Source of the DNA: Octopus bimaculoides
Lineage: Eukaryota
Length of the DNA stretch: 33,669 nt
Direction of reading: 5' to 3'
Assembly (NCBI RefSeq): GCF_001194135.2
Contig: NC_069009.1
Span: 5,076,224-5,109,892 of the forward strand
In this document: positions 11,028 to 21,855 of the stretch, one piece after another
Layout of the letters: the number at the start of each line of letters is the position of its first letter
How positions within the stretch are numbered: the stretch's first letter is position 1
Translations under genes and position numbers: made by a program
The notes under the pieces: model-generated
Databases searched by the model: none
Told to the model about the DNA's origin: nothing
What the model saw: only the letters and a program-made list of their open reading frames with translations

Positions 11028-11276
11028 TTTTCATCCCATCCTGCAACTGTCTTTTATGGGTGGGATGCTGTGCATCATACTATGTTGCATCAATTTTGGT
11101 GTCTGGGTCTCGTTAGGTACATTCATACATAAAGTGGTGTCTCGCTAAAGATCTTGAGTTTGGGCAGTCATATTGTTATGAATGCACCTGATGTGACCTA
11201 GACTGCAATATTGATGCAACATAGTAACATTCACAGCATCCCACCCATAAAAGACAGTTGCAGGATGGGATGAAAA
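11028..11276. repeat. Fold-back element: ~100-bp arms, outer 45 bp perfectly complementary, ~50-bp loop
   Basis: ttttcatcccatcctgcaactgtcttttatgggtgggatgctgtg (from 11028) is the exact reverse complement of cacagcatcccacccataaaagacagttgcaggatgggatgaaaa (to 11276); pairing continues with mismatches to 11127/11177. Confidence 0.9.
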
Positions 11277-11369
11277 GATGGGTCGGTTTACTTGATTAAT
11301 TATATACATATATATATGTATACATGCACACATAAAAATCATATTTTATTTGTAATGCTTTTCTATGTG

Positions 11370-11424
<55 letters not shown>

Positions 11425-12382
11425 NNNNNNNNNNNNNNNNNNNNNNNNNNNNNNNNNNNNNNNNNNNNNNNNNNNNNNNNNNNNNNNNNNNNNNNNNNNN
11501 NGGTGAGAATTCTGTTTGTTTGTATATATTTTTGGGACAATACTGTGCTGATGAACGAAATCTAGATTCATTCTAGTAATCGCGAAATCGGCCGATACAC
11601 AGTTAAGTTTATTTAAAAGAAAGTTGGTCTTCTGTTGGTTGTTTTTTCCTCGTATTAGGTACTAAATTGTGGTTATTTTGAGAAGTCCACTGTGTGGCGT
11701 TATTATTTTCTGTAATAATGCCCCTTATATAAATATATATATANNNNNNNNNNNNNNNNNNNNNNNNNNNNNNNNNNNNNNNNNNNNNNNNNNNNNNNNN
11801 NNNNNNNNNNNNNNNNNNNNNNNNNNNNNNNNNNNNNNNNNNNNNNNNNNNNNNNNNNNNNNNNNNNNNNNNNNNNNNNNNNNNNNNNNNNNNNNNNNNN
11901 NNNNNNNNNNNNNNNNNNNNNNNNNNNNNNNNNNNNNNNNNNNNNNNNNNNNNNNNNNNNNNNNNNNNNNNNNNNNNNNNNNNNNNNNNNNNNNNNNNNN
12001 NNNNNNNNNNNNNNNNNNNNNNNNNNNNNNNNNNNNNNNNNNNNNNNNNNNNNNNNNNNNNNNNNNNNNNNNNNNNNNNNNNNNNNNNNNNNNNNATAAA
12101 CAAATAGTAAATGAGTATATGCATATATACGTACAGGTATGTGCATACCGACATCCACCTGTATGTATAGGTGCATATCTGGGTACAGGACATTGCAAAC
12201 AAAACGTAGACGAGAAAACACACAAGCCACATAGAGAACATTCTCCTTCATCAGCTACCCCCGTTTTAACACCGGCGTTTCGAAAAGCTGGGTAGGACGC
12301 ATCGTTAAAACGGCTCTTCCCATGGACCGCAAATTAAATTTGTATACACAAATTAAACCTTGCCCTGGAGGAATGTAGTGGC

Positions 12383-12413
<31 letters not shown>

Positions 12414-12752
12414 CAGGGTTAAAAATGAAAAGCAAGAGAAAACTCCAGCTAAGTCACAGGTATTCACTCACAATCAACTTTTATTTCTTGTCTTACAAGT
12501 ATTCAATGTGGCCACCACCTGCAGCACGGGCAACATCAGTGTGATAAGAGAATTCCTCCTAGATGCCTATCAGCATATCAGGATCTTTTACATATCCCCC
12601 ACAAGAAAAAAAATCACACACGGTGAGGTCTGGGGGATCTCGCAGACCAAGCTGATACGCATCTGGGAGGAAGCTCTTATCACATTGATGTTGCCCATGC
12701 TGTAGATGGTGGCCGCATTGAACACTTGTAAGACAAGAAATAAAAGTTGATT
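12414..12752. mobile_element. Tc1/mariner-derived non-autonomous element with an inverted duplication of the transposase 3' end
   Basis: Starts ta|cagggt at the edge of a (TA)n tract. Minus strand encodes PPDLTVCDFFSCGGYVKD...EEFSYHTDVARAAGGGHIEYL* (the SPDLxPxDFxLWGY motif and C-terminus of Tc1/mariner transposases). Arms 12472-12566 and 12659-12752 are ~90% complementary. Confidence 0.75.
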
Positions 12753-13027
12753 GCCATTTATTTAAATTTTTATTTTGCTCTGTACTTGACTGATGCTTTT
12801 CCTGAAGCATATGAATACCGAATTCTAACATCATATTATTAGTATTGCTATGTGCCTAAATGAAATATTAATATATATCAAATGTAATAAGGGATCAGGG
12901 ATCCAGGAGAAATACTTTATAAGCTCTCTGTGAAGAAAAATAAACCAAGCTAACAAATATGATAGGTGTAGAAATCCAGGGAATTTGAAATTTAACAAAC
13001 TGTCATCAGTTTGTTAAATTACAAATA

Positions 13028-13195
13028 GGTGCAGGAGTGGCTGTGTGGTAAGTAGCTCACTTACCAGCCACATGGTTCCAGGTTCAGTCCCAATCCGGGG
13101 CACCTTGGGCAAGTGTCTTCTACTATAGCCTCAGGCCAACCAAAGCCTTGTGAGTAGATTTGGCAGATGGAAACTGAAAGAAGCCCATCGTGTGT
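13028..13195 (+). mobile_element. SINE family 1, 5' half
   Basis: ggtgcaggagtggctgtgtggtaagtagc...gggcaagtgtcttctactatagcc...ggaaactgaaagaagcccatcg. Confidence 0.9.
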
Positions 13196-13213
13196 GTATA
13201 AGTCTGTCATATC

Positions 13214-13253
13214 GGCCATGACGAAGGGAAATAGCCCTGAAACTCGAGTCGTC
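13214..13253 (+). ncRNA. Degenerate minimal hammerhead ribozyme motif, Penelope-like-element type
   Basis: ggc c(a)tgacga aggg-aaatag-ccct gaaa ctcgag tc gtc: CUGANGA core with one extra or substituted A, perfect 4-bp stem II, GAAA, palindromic stem III (actcgagt), UC cleavage site, 3-bp stem I. Confidence 0.6.
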
Positions 13254-13730
13254 TTTATATATTTATATTTATATATTTATATATTTGATCCTTTATATTG
13301 AACACTCAATATTTCATCTACATTCAATACTTTCTTTCATGGTGCCATCCATTTTTATTTTATTTTATTTTATATTGTATATTGTATATTATATTATATA
13401 TTGTATATTCCATATTCTATACCCNNNNNNNNNNNNNNNNNNNNNNNNNNNNNNNNNNNNNNNNNNNNNNNNNNNNNNNNNNNNNNNNNNNNNNNNNNNN
13501 NNNNNNNNNNNNNNNNNNNNNNNNNNNNNNNNNNNNNNNNNNNNNNNNNNNNNNNNNNNNNNNNNNNNNNNNNNNNNNNNNNNNNNNNNNNNNNNNNNNN
13601 NNNNNNNNNNNNNNNNNNNNNNNNNNNNNNNNNNNNNNNNNNNNNNNNNNNNNNNNNNNNNNNNNNNNNNNNNNNNNNNNNNNNNNNNNNNNNNNNNNNN
13701 NNNNNNNNNNNNNNNNNNNNNNNNNNNNNN

Positions 13731-13783
<53 letters not shown>

Positions 13784-13825
13784 TCATATATGTTTGTGTG
13801 TCTGTGTTTGTACTCCAACATCACA

Positions 13826-15525
13826 GCTACACTTGCAGAACATCCACCTCTACTACTAACCTGGTCACCTAGATACCAGTGGCTATCTACTACCTCTAGC
13901 TTGCCCCTCTGGCAGTTGATGGAGTCTATTTTCTGCACATGTTCAGCATTTACTATGCCTGTGCATCTCCCACATACAAAGGATAGTTTATCTGTTAACC
14001 TCCCTTTGATGTTGTTGCATCTCAAGGAGTTTCTACCAATGCCTTTTCTATAGATTGAGCAGGCTTGGGATTTGTCTGCCTTCCTACTTACTATGATTTT
14101 GGATTTTGCTAGATTAACTCTAAGGCCTTTTGATTCTAGACCTTGTTTCCATACCTGGAACTTCTTCTCTAGTTCTAGTAGTGATTCAGTTATAAGAACA
14201 AGGTCATCAGCATAGAGGAGCTCTCAGGGGCAGCCTGTCTTGAATTCCTCTGTTATTGCCTAGAGGACTATGATGAACAAGGGGCGGAGGACTGAGCACT
14301 GATCCTTGGTGAACCCCTACTTGTACCCTGAATTCTTTGTTGTACTTGTTGCTCACCTTCACCTTACTGATAGTGTCCCTTTACAAGGCTTGTACAGCTC
14401 TCACCAACCACTTGTCTATCCCTAGTTTCTGCATTGACAATCAGATAATGGATTGGGGGACTCTATCAAAAGCTTTCTCCAAGTCAACAAAAACCAAGTA
14501 CAGACGTTTATCTTTGGCTAGGTACTTCTCCTGCAGCTGCTTTACCAGAAATATAGCATCAGTGGTGCTTCTACCTGGCACAAACCCAAACTGCATCTCA
14601 TCTTGACTAACTCTCTCCCTGATTAGGTGGACTATGACTCTCTCCACAATTTTTATCACCTGATCCAACAATTCAATACCTCTGTTAATTATTTCTATCT
14701 AAGGCATCACCTTTGTGGAGGCGTATGGCTTAGTGGTTAGGGTGTCAGCACCATGATCGTAAGATTGTGGTTTCAATTCCTGGACCAGGCGACGCGTTGT
14801 GTTCTTGAGCAAAACACTTCATTTTCACGTTGCTCCAGTCCACTCAGCTGGCAAAAATGAGTAGCGCTGCGATGGACTGGCGTCCCATCCAGCTGGGGAA
14901 CACATACGCCATGGAAACCAGGAAACTGGGCCCATGAGCCTGTCTAGGCTTTGTGAAGGCATGTGGCTTAGTGGTTAGGGTGTCAGCATTATGATCGTAA
15001 GATTGTGGTTTCGATTCCTGGACCGGGTGACACGTTGTGTTCTTGAGCAAAACACTTCATTTCACGTTGCTCCAGTCCACTCAGCTGGCAAAAATGAGTA
15101 ACGCTGCGATGGACTGGCATCCCGTCCAGCTGGGGAACATATACACCATTAAAACCGGGAAACCGGGCCCATGAGCCTGGCTAGGCTTTAAAAAGGCACA
15201 TTTATTTTTTTTAAGGCATCACCGTTAACTATGTAGCAGTGGACTATGGTGCTGCTACATAAGTCAACGGGTATGATTCCTTCATGAACCACCTGATTTA
15301 CAATATGGGTGACTAGACCATAACCCACACCGCCAGATATTTTAAGCATCTCAGTGGTGATGCCTGATGGGCCAGGGGCATTTCATGTCTTCATATCCTT
15401 AATTGCTTTATCTACCAAGGTACTGTCAATTCAAGTAGCTGGTCCCTGAGTTGGGTCAACATTTAGCAGACTCTTCTCCTCCCATTCATTCTCCACATTC
15501 AGCAGTCTTTCATAATGGCATCTTC
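13826..15525 (-). mobile_element. RTE-clade LINE fragment (decayed reverse transcriptase), split by a SINE dimer at 14712-15211
   Basis: Minus-strand translation: KAIKDMK..APGPSGITTEMLK..; QFGFVPGRSTTDAIFLVKQLQEKYLAKDKRLYLVFVDLEKAFDRVP; GVHQGSVLSP; LLYADDLVL (YADD at 14203-14214); LEVVDSHWYLGD. Stops and frameshifts are present. Confidence 0.9.
14712..15211 (+). mobile_element. Head-to-tail dimer of SINE family 3 (tRNA head, CORE-like and V-like domains) with a 12-bp TSD
   Basis: Two ~240-bp units starting at 14714 and 14952, each with A box tggcttagtgg, B box ggtttc(g/a)attcc, ttgagcaaaacacttcattt..gttgctccagtccactcagctg and gcgatggactggc.tccc.tccag. taaggcatcacc is present at 14700-14711 and 15212-15223. 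Confidence 0.9.
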
Positions 15526-15587
15526 AAGCCTTGTTTTTTTTTTTCTTTTTGCAGACTCATTAAAAGCAAGTGCACAACAATAAGTTC

Positions 15588-15661
15588 GGAGGTTGATTTG
15601 TCCGACTGAAGGCAGTGCTCCAGCATGGCCACAGTCAAATGATTGAAACAAATAAAAGAAT
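15588..15661 (+). mobile_element. SINE family 1, 3' terminal fragment
   Basis: gatttgtccgactgaaggcagtgctccagcatggccacagtcaaatgattgaaacaaataaaag. Confidence 0.75.
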
Positions 15662-15674
15662 ACCATCCTTTATA

Positions 15675-16345
15675 CCTACTCCTCTTTCTCTCCCTCTCTC
15701 CATATACCACTCTCTATTTCTCTCTCTTTTTCTCTCATTCTATCTTTCTATCTATCTATTTCTATACACAATTATTCCTCCTCTCTTTCTCTCATTCTAT
15801 CTCTCTCTCTCCCTCCCACTTTCTCAATACACTCCTTCTTCCTCTCTCTTTCTCTATCCCCCTCTCGAAACCAATCTTCCATTCTCTCCCCCTCTCTATC
15901 ACCCACACACACTCTCCTTTTCTCTCTCTCCCACCTTAAACCAATCTTTTTTCCTTTCTCTCACCCCCTCTATCACTCTCTCTCTCTCCTTTTCTCTCTT
16001 CCATCTCTATCACATACACTTTCTTTCTCTTTTTCCCCCTCTCTATCATACACACATTCTCTCCCCTTCTCTATATTAATCTTTCTTCCCCTCTCACCCC
16101 CTCTCTATCACACACACCCTCTCCTTTTCTCTCTCTTCCTCTCTACACCAATCTTTCTTCCTTTCTCTCTTCCATTTCTATCACATACACTTTCTCTTTT
16201 CCTCCTCTATATCATACACACACACACACACTTACACACACACACTTTCTCTCCCTCTCTCTATCACCCCCACACACTCTCCTTACCTCTCTCTCTCTCC
16301 CGCTCTTCAAACCAATCATCCTTCCTCTCTCACCATCTACTCCCA
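15675..16345. repeat. CT-rich low-complexity/minisatellite block
   Basis: Recurring ccccctctctatcac(a/c)cacac..ctccttttctctctc and accaatct motifs. Confidence 0.8.
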
Positions 16346-16587
16346 CTTCTCCCCCAATCATAAGCCACCAACATTATCTCTCAGAAGGGAATATCTTTAT
16401 GTTGTCAACCAGATTTAATATTGAACTAAAACAACTCACAGACCCCCTTACCCTGCTAACCCCTACACCATGCATTCCGTATCCCAGCATGCACCAGTCC
16501 CTTGTAATTCCCAGACCCTATTCTTTTTGTGAGGGGCTGTTGCTATTGTTGTTTTTGTTATTTTAGCTTTACTATCTACTTCATTTA

Positions 16588-16591
16588 ATGT

Positions 16592-16629
<38 letters not shown>

Positions 16630-17413
16630 ATGTTTGTGTGTATGTAACTCTATACCTTTGTATGCATGTGTATGTATGTGTGTGTGTGTGTGTGCATGTC
16701 TGTGTGTATGTAACTCTATACCTTTGTATGCATGTGTATGTGTTTGCGTGTGCATATGTATGTTTGCGTATGTGTGTCCATGCATGTATGTGTATGTATG
16801 TTCAGTATGGGTGTATGTCTATAAGTGTATGTTTGTACATNNNNNNNNNNNNNNNNNNNNNNNNNNNNNNNNNNNNNNNNNNNNNNNNNNNNNNNNNNNN
16901 NNNNNNNNNNNNNNNNNNNNNNNNNNNNNNNNNNNNNNNNNNNNNNNNNNNNNNNNNNNNNNNNNNNNNNNNNNNNNNNNNNNNNNNNNNNNNNNNNNNN
17001 NNNNNNNNNNNNNNNNNNNNNNNNNNNNNNNNNNNNNNNNNNNNNNNNNNNNNNNNNNNNNNNNNNNNNNNNNNNNNNNNNNNNNNNNNNNNNNNNNNNN
17101 NNNNNNNNNNNNNNNNNNNNNNNNNNNNNNNNNNNNNNNNNNNNNNNNNNGTATGCATATGTGTATGTTTTTGTGTATGCATATGTTTCTGTGTGTATAT
17201 ATATGTATGTGCTTGTGTATTTTTGTATATGTGTGTGTGTGTATAAGTATATATGCACGCATGTATATCTGTATGTATGCATCCATGTGCATGTATGTAT
17301 ATATGTGTGTGTGTGTATAAGTGTGTGTGAATGTACATGTATGCTTGTGTGTGCTTTGTGGATGTATGTGTCTTCACATACATGTATGGATGTATGTACA
17401 TATATATTTGCAG

Positions 17414-17448
<35 letters not shown>

Positions 17449-17566
17449 CAAAGATATCTTTAGGTGTGTATGTGCATTCTTAGGTGTATATGTGTGTTTG
17501 TGTGTGTATGTATAAGTATATATGTACGTATGTATATCTGTATGTATGCATGCATGTGCATGTATG

Positions 17567-17606
<40 letters not shown>

Positions 17607-17780
17607 CAAGGATATCTTTAGGTGTGTGTGTGTGTATGTGTGTGTCTACATGAGTGTATGTTTGTTTGTGTATATATGGTAATGTATATAATGTATGTGT
17701 GAAAGTGTATTTGCAGATGTATATCTATGTATTAGTTCATCTGTGCACACACACGGACACACACACATACACACACAAAG
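16588..17780. repeat. Degenerate (TG/TATG)n block with internal segmental duplications
   Basis: gtgtgtatgtaactctatacctttgtatgcatgtgtatg occurs twice (~16635 and ~16702); tataagtatatatg.acg.atgtatatctgtatgtatgc occurs twice (~17242 and ~17511). Confidence 0.85.
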
Positions 17781-18324
17781 AAGAATGCAAATAGGGTTTA
17801 AAATTTACTCCAGCTATTTCAGTAGAATTTTATTGATGTATTCATGGATTACATCATAGCATAATTCCACTGTCTTCAGGTAAAATTTTAAACAGGTATA
17901 AACAGATGAGATAATACCTTGATGACCTACTCAATAACCAGCATCCAATACGATGATACGAATATATACATATAAAATGGTTCAAAAGTATAAAGCATGA
18001 TAATGAGATTAAAAGAAAATGGTATATTAGGTTTACGCTCGGGAAAAATAGAAGGGAAAGTCTTTTATGTTTCTAGTATATGCTCTTCTACTGAAAAAAT
18101 ATAGATGAGGTGGGAAAGAAAAAATGGGAAAATGATAAATATGTCTCAATGAGATGGTCACCGCATACTGAAATGACTTGAAGAAGAAGAGGTTGCTAGA
18201 GGGATGAGTAGCAAGGTGGACAATTGTGAGAGGTAATATGAGGCATGGGTAGCAAGGGGGATAACTGGGAACTTGGCATATGTGCATGAGCAAGCAAATG
18301 TGTGTGCATGAAGCTAATATGTGT

Positions 18325-18415
18325 GTACCAGTTAAACACTGGGGGTCAATGTAGTCAACTTACTCCCCCACCCCCACCCCCTGGAATCACTGGCCTTTGT
18401 CAAGATTTGAAATCA
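18325..18415 (+). mobile_element. Decayed 3' fragment of SINE family 2
   Basis: gtaccagttaaacactgggggtcaatgtagtcaac...ggcctttgtc resembles 22375-22445. Confidence 0.55.
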
Positions 18416-18426
18416 TCATCATCATA

Positions 18427-18590
18427 GGCGTAGGAGTGGCTGTGTGGTAAGTAGCTTGTTTACGAACCACATGGTTCTGGGTTCAGTCCCACTGCGTAGC
18501 ACCTTAGGCAAGTGTCTTCTACTATAGCCTCGGGCCAACCAAAACCTTGTGAGTAGATTTGGTAGAATGAAACTGAAAGAAGCCCGTCGT
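18427..18590 (+). mobile_element. SINE family 1, 5' half
   Basis: ggcgtaggagtggctgtgtggtaagtagc...gaaactgaaagaagcccgtcg followed by (TA)n. Confidence 0.92.
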
Positions 18591-18611
18591 ATATATATAT
18601 ATATATACACT

Positions 18612-18845
18612 CTCTTTTTACTTGTTTCAGTCATTTGACTGCGGCCATGTTGGAGCACCGCCTTTAGTCGAGCAAATCGACCCCAGGACTTATTCTTTGT
18701 CAGCCTAGTACTTATTCTATCGGTCTGTTTTGCTGAACTGTTAAGTTACGGGGACCTAAACACACCAGCATCGGTTGTCAAGTGATGTTGGGGAGACAAA
18801 CATAGACACACAAACATACATATATAGATATATATATATGTATAT
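18612..18845 (-). mobile_element. SINE family 1, 3' half, inverted relative to the adjacent 5' half
   Basis: ctttttacttgtttcagtcatttgactgcggccatgttggagcaccgcctttagtcgagc...cacaccagcatcggttgtcaagtgatgttgggg. Confidence 0.92.
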
Positions 18846-19024
18846 ANNNNNNNNNNNNNNNNNNNNNNNNNNNNNNNNNNNNNNNNNNNNNNNNNNNNNN
18901 NNNNNNNNNNNNNNNNNNNNNNNNNNNNNNNNNNNNNNNNNNNNNNNNNNNNNNNNNNNNNNNNNNNNNNNNNNNNNNNNNNNNNNNNNNNNNNNNNNNN
19001 NNNNNNNNNNNNNNNNNNNNNATA

Positions 19025-19147
19025 GGCGCAGGAGTGACTGTGTGGCAAGTAGCTTGTTTACCAACCACAAATTAACCGACTTATACCTTCCCATAAAATT
19101 TCAGCCCTTGTGCCTATAGTAGAAAGGATTATTATTATTATTATTAT
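19025..19147 (+). mobile_element. Chimera: SINE family 1 head (19025-19068) fused to a SINE family 2-type tail with (ATT)n
   Basis: ggcgcaggagtgactgtgtggcaagtagcttgtttaccaaccaca, then aaaatttcagcccttgtgcctatagtagaaaggattattatt (same tail as 22420-22465). Confidence 0.6.
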
Positions 19148-19760
19148 TTGTCACACAATATCCAATATTGTGATGTTGTTGGTTGCAGCTATTGTGCCTA
19201 CCGGGGGTTTGTACTGTTTGTTAACAAGGACCTCAGACAGACAGTACTTTACACAATATGCGTGCAGTTCCAAGTAATGCTGATTTTTGCAATGCATCTA
19301 GATTGTAGGATATCTCTAAGAATTTCAGTTGTGTTTTCAGATTGGGTGGTATTGAACCCAATGCTCCAATAACAATAGGGATAACCTTTATGTTCACCTC
19401 TCGTAGCTGCCACATCTTAGCGATCTCAATTCTCAGGTCTCCATATTTATCAATCTTTTCTCTTTCTTTCATGATGATATGTTGATCTCCTGGCACTACC
19501 ATATCGATTATTAGGCACTCTTGATTGTCCCTCCTAAAGGTTACTACATCCAGCCTTCTGTGCTCCAATACCTTGTCTGTTTGGAAATCGAAGTCCCAGA
19601 GGATTTTTGCCTTCCACTTTGTGTCCATTACCTTTTCCAGTGTATGTTGGTACCAAGCACCCGTAACCTTATATCCATACTTACAGCATAGTAGCCAGTG
19701 GAGGTTTTGGGCTACATTGTCATGTCTACGCTTGTACGCTTTCTGTGAAAGACTTTTTAT
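19148..19760 (-). mobile_element. 5'-truncated R4/Dong-clade non-LTR retrotransposon: C-terminal restriction-like endonuclease domain plus 3' UTR
   Basis: ORF 19766-19233: YKRRHDNVAQNLHWLLC...KILWDFDFQTDKVLEHRRLDVV...CLIIDMVVPGD...KEREKIDKYGDL...VIPIVIGALG...LQKSALLGTARIL. The RHD, (R)PD..D, K..KY and IGALG motifs are typical of the R4/Dong REL endonuclease. Flanked on both sides by (TAA)n in element orientation. Confidence 0.88.
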
Positions 19761-19762
19761 TA

Positions 19763-19793
<31 letters not shown>

Positions 19794-19835
19794 GATTATT
19801 ATTATTATTATTACAGAAAGTTTTTAAAAAAGTAT

Positions 19836-19962
19836 AAACTGGAGCAACATAAAGTGAAGTACCTGGTCCAGAAACATGACACACTGTGTCATCCAGGAAT
19901 TGAACCCATGGTATTACAATTGTGACCTTGGCACTCTTACCAAAAGGCCAAACACAATCACA
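19836..19962 (-). mobile_element. Old 5' fragment of a tRNA-derived CORE-type SINE
   Basis: Reverse strand contains gggttcaattcctgg (B box) and cttcactttatgttgctccagt, matching the CORE-like segment of the 14714 units. Confidence 0.6.
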
Positions 19963-20611
19963 TAGCACTAAGAGATGGTCATGTGGAAGGGTACATATAT
20001 TTATGATCTATCTGTTTCTGTTTTTTATGTTTGTTTTATGTATTCGGTTATTTTCTTNNNNNNNNNNNNNNNNNNNNNNNNNNNNNNNNNNNNNNNNNNN
20101 NNNNNNNNNNNNNNNNNNNNNNNNNNNNNNNNNNNNNNNNNNNNNNNNNNNNNNNNNNNNNNNNNNNNNNNNNNNNNNNNNNNNNNNNNNNNNNNNNNNN
20201 NNNNNNNNNNNNNNNNNNNNNNNNNNNNNNNNNNNNNNNNNNNNNNNNNNNNNNNNNNNNNNNNNNNNNNNNNNNNNNNNNNNNNNNNNNNNNNNNNNNN
20301 NNNNNNNNNNNNNNNNNNNNNNNNNNNNNNNNNNNNNNNNNNNNNNNNNNNNNNNNNNNNNNNNNNNNNNNNNNNNNNNNNNNNNNNNNNNNNNNNNNNN
20401 NNNNNNNNNNNNNNNNNNNNNNNNNNNNNNNNNNNNNNNNNNNNNNNNNNNNNNNNNNNNNNNNNNNNNNNNNNNNNNNNNNNNNNNNNNNNNNNNNNNN
20501 NNNNNNNNNNNNNNNNNNNNNNNNNNNNNNNNNNNNNNNNNNNNNNNNNNNNNNNNNNNNNNNNNNNNNNNNNNNNNNNNNNNNNNNNNNNNNNNNNNNN
20601 NNNNNNNNNNN

Positions 20612-21275
<664 letters not shown>

Positions 21276-21443
21276 CGATAACAATAGCAACAAAAGGTGA
21301 TAATGACAGTGGTAATTGTTATAATATCTGTTTGTCTGCATCCCACCTCTCAACCTCGGCTCAAATAGATTATCACTGATCATCGCGGACATTGCAGCAG
21401 ACAGTTTTGTTTCGCTCTTCCCATTAACCCTTTCACCTTGTAT

Positions 21444-21503
<60 letters not shown>

Positions 21504-21804
21504 ATGTGCATATAAGATCAGGTTGTGTGAAGCCCTAGTCCAGGACACACGGACAAGGAAGAAGATATAAAAATGGCAGAAGAAACAAAACAAAGATGTC
21601 TGCCATGAAAACGTATTTGAGTGTTTGATGATTGTTTTATAACTTGGAAAACAGACTCTCTCTCAGTACAATTTATATATCGTCACTTGGGATTCAATGA
21701 AATTTATGTTATTTGGTCCGCTTTTTATTTCTCCTTGAAATAGTGTCGACTTTTTAATCAATTATTATGGCCATTTCAGAAAATTTCTTAGTAACTCCAC
21801 TCAC

Positions 21805-21855
21805 TTGCTTGTTATACGTTGGTAGAGTTGGTGTAGGAGTTTGGTCTGTCGGTGG
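21805..21855 (-). CDS. Candidate 51-nt symmetric micro-exon (PPTDQTPTPTLPTYNKQ) of an unidentified host gene
   Basis: Minus strand: long pyrimidine-rich tract ending ...ctcgtcatttcccag, a 51-nt stop-free phase-0 frame, then the consensus donor CAA|gtgagt. Protein not recognised. Confidence 0.4.

Noticed and set aside
12225-12385. CpG-rich segment with CTGATGA and GAAAC motifs on the minus strand (possible permuted hammerhead)
   Set aside because: Stem I cannot be formed and no GAAA follows the stem II hairpin; probably a fragment of an interspersed repeat that I cannot classify from this window.
17800-17930. 37-codon minus-strand frame ending TVELCYDVIHEYINKILLK*
   Set aside because: Weak acceptor and no homology recognised.
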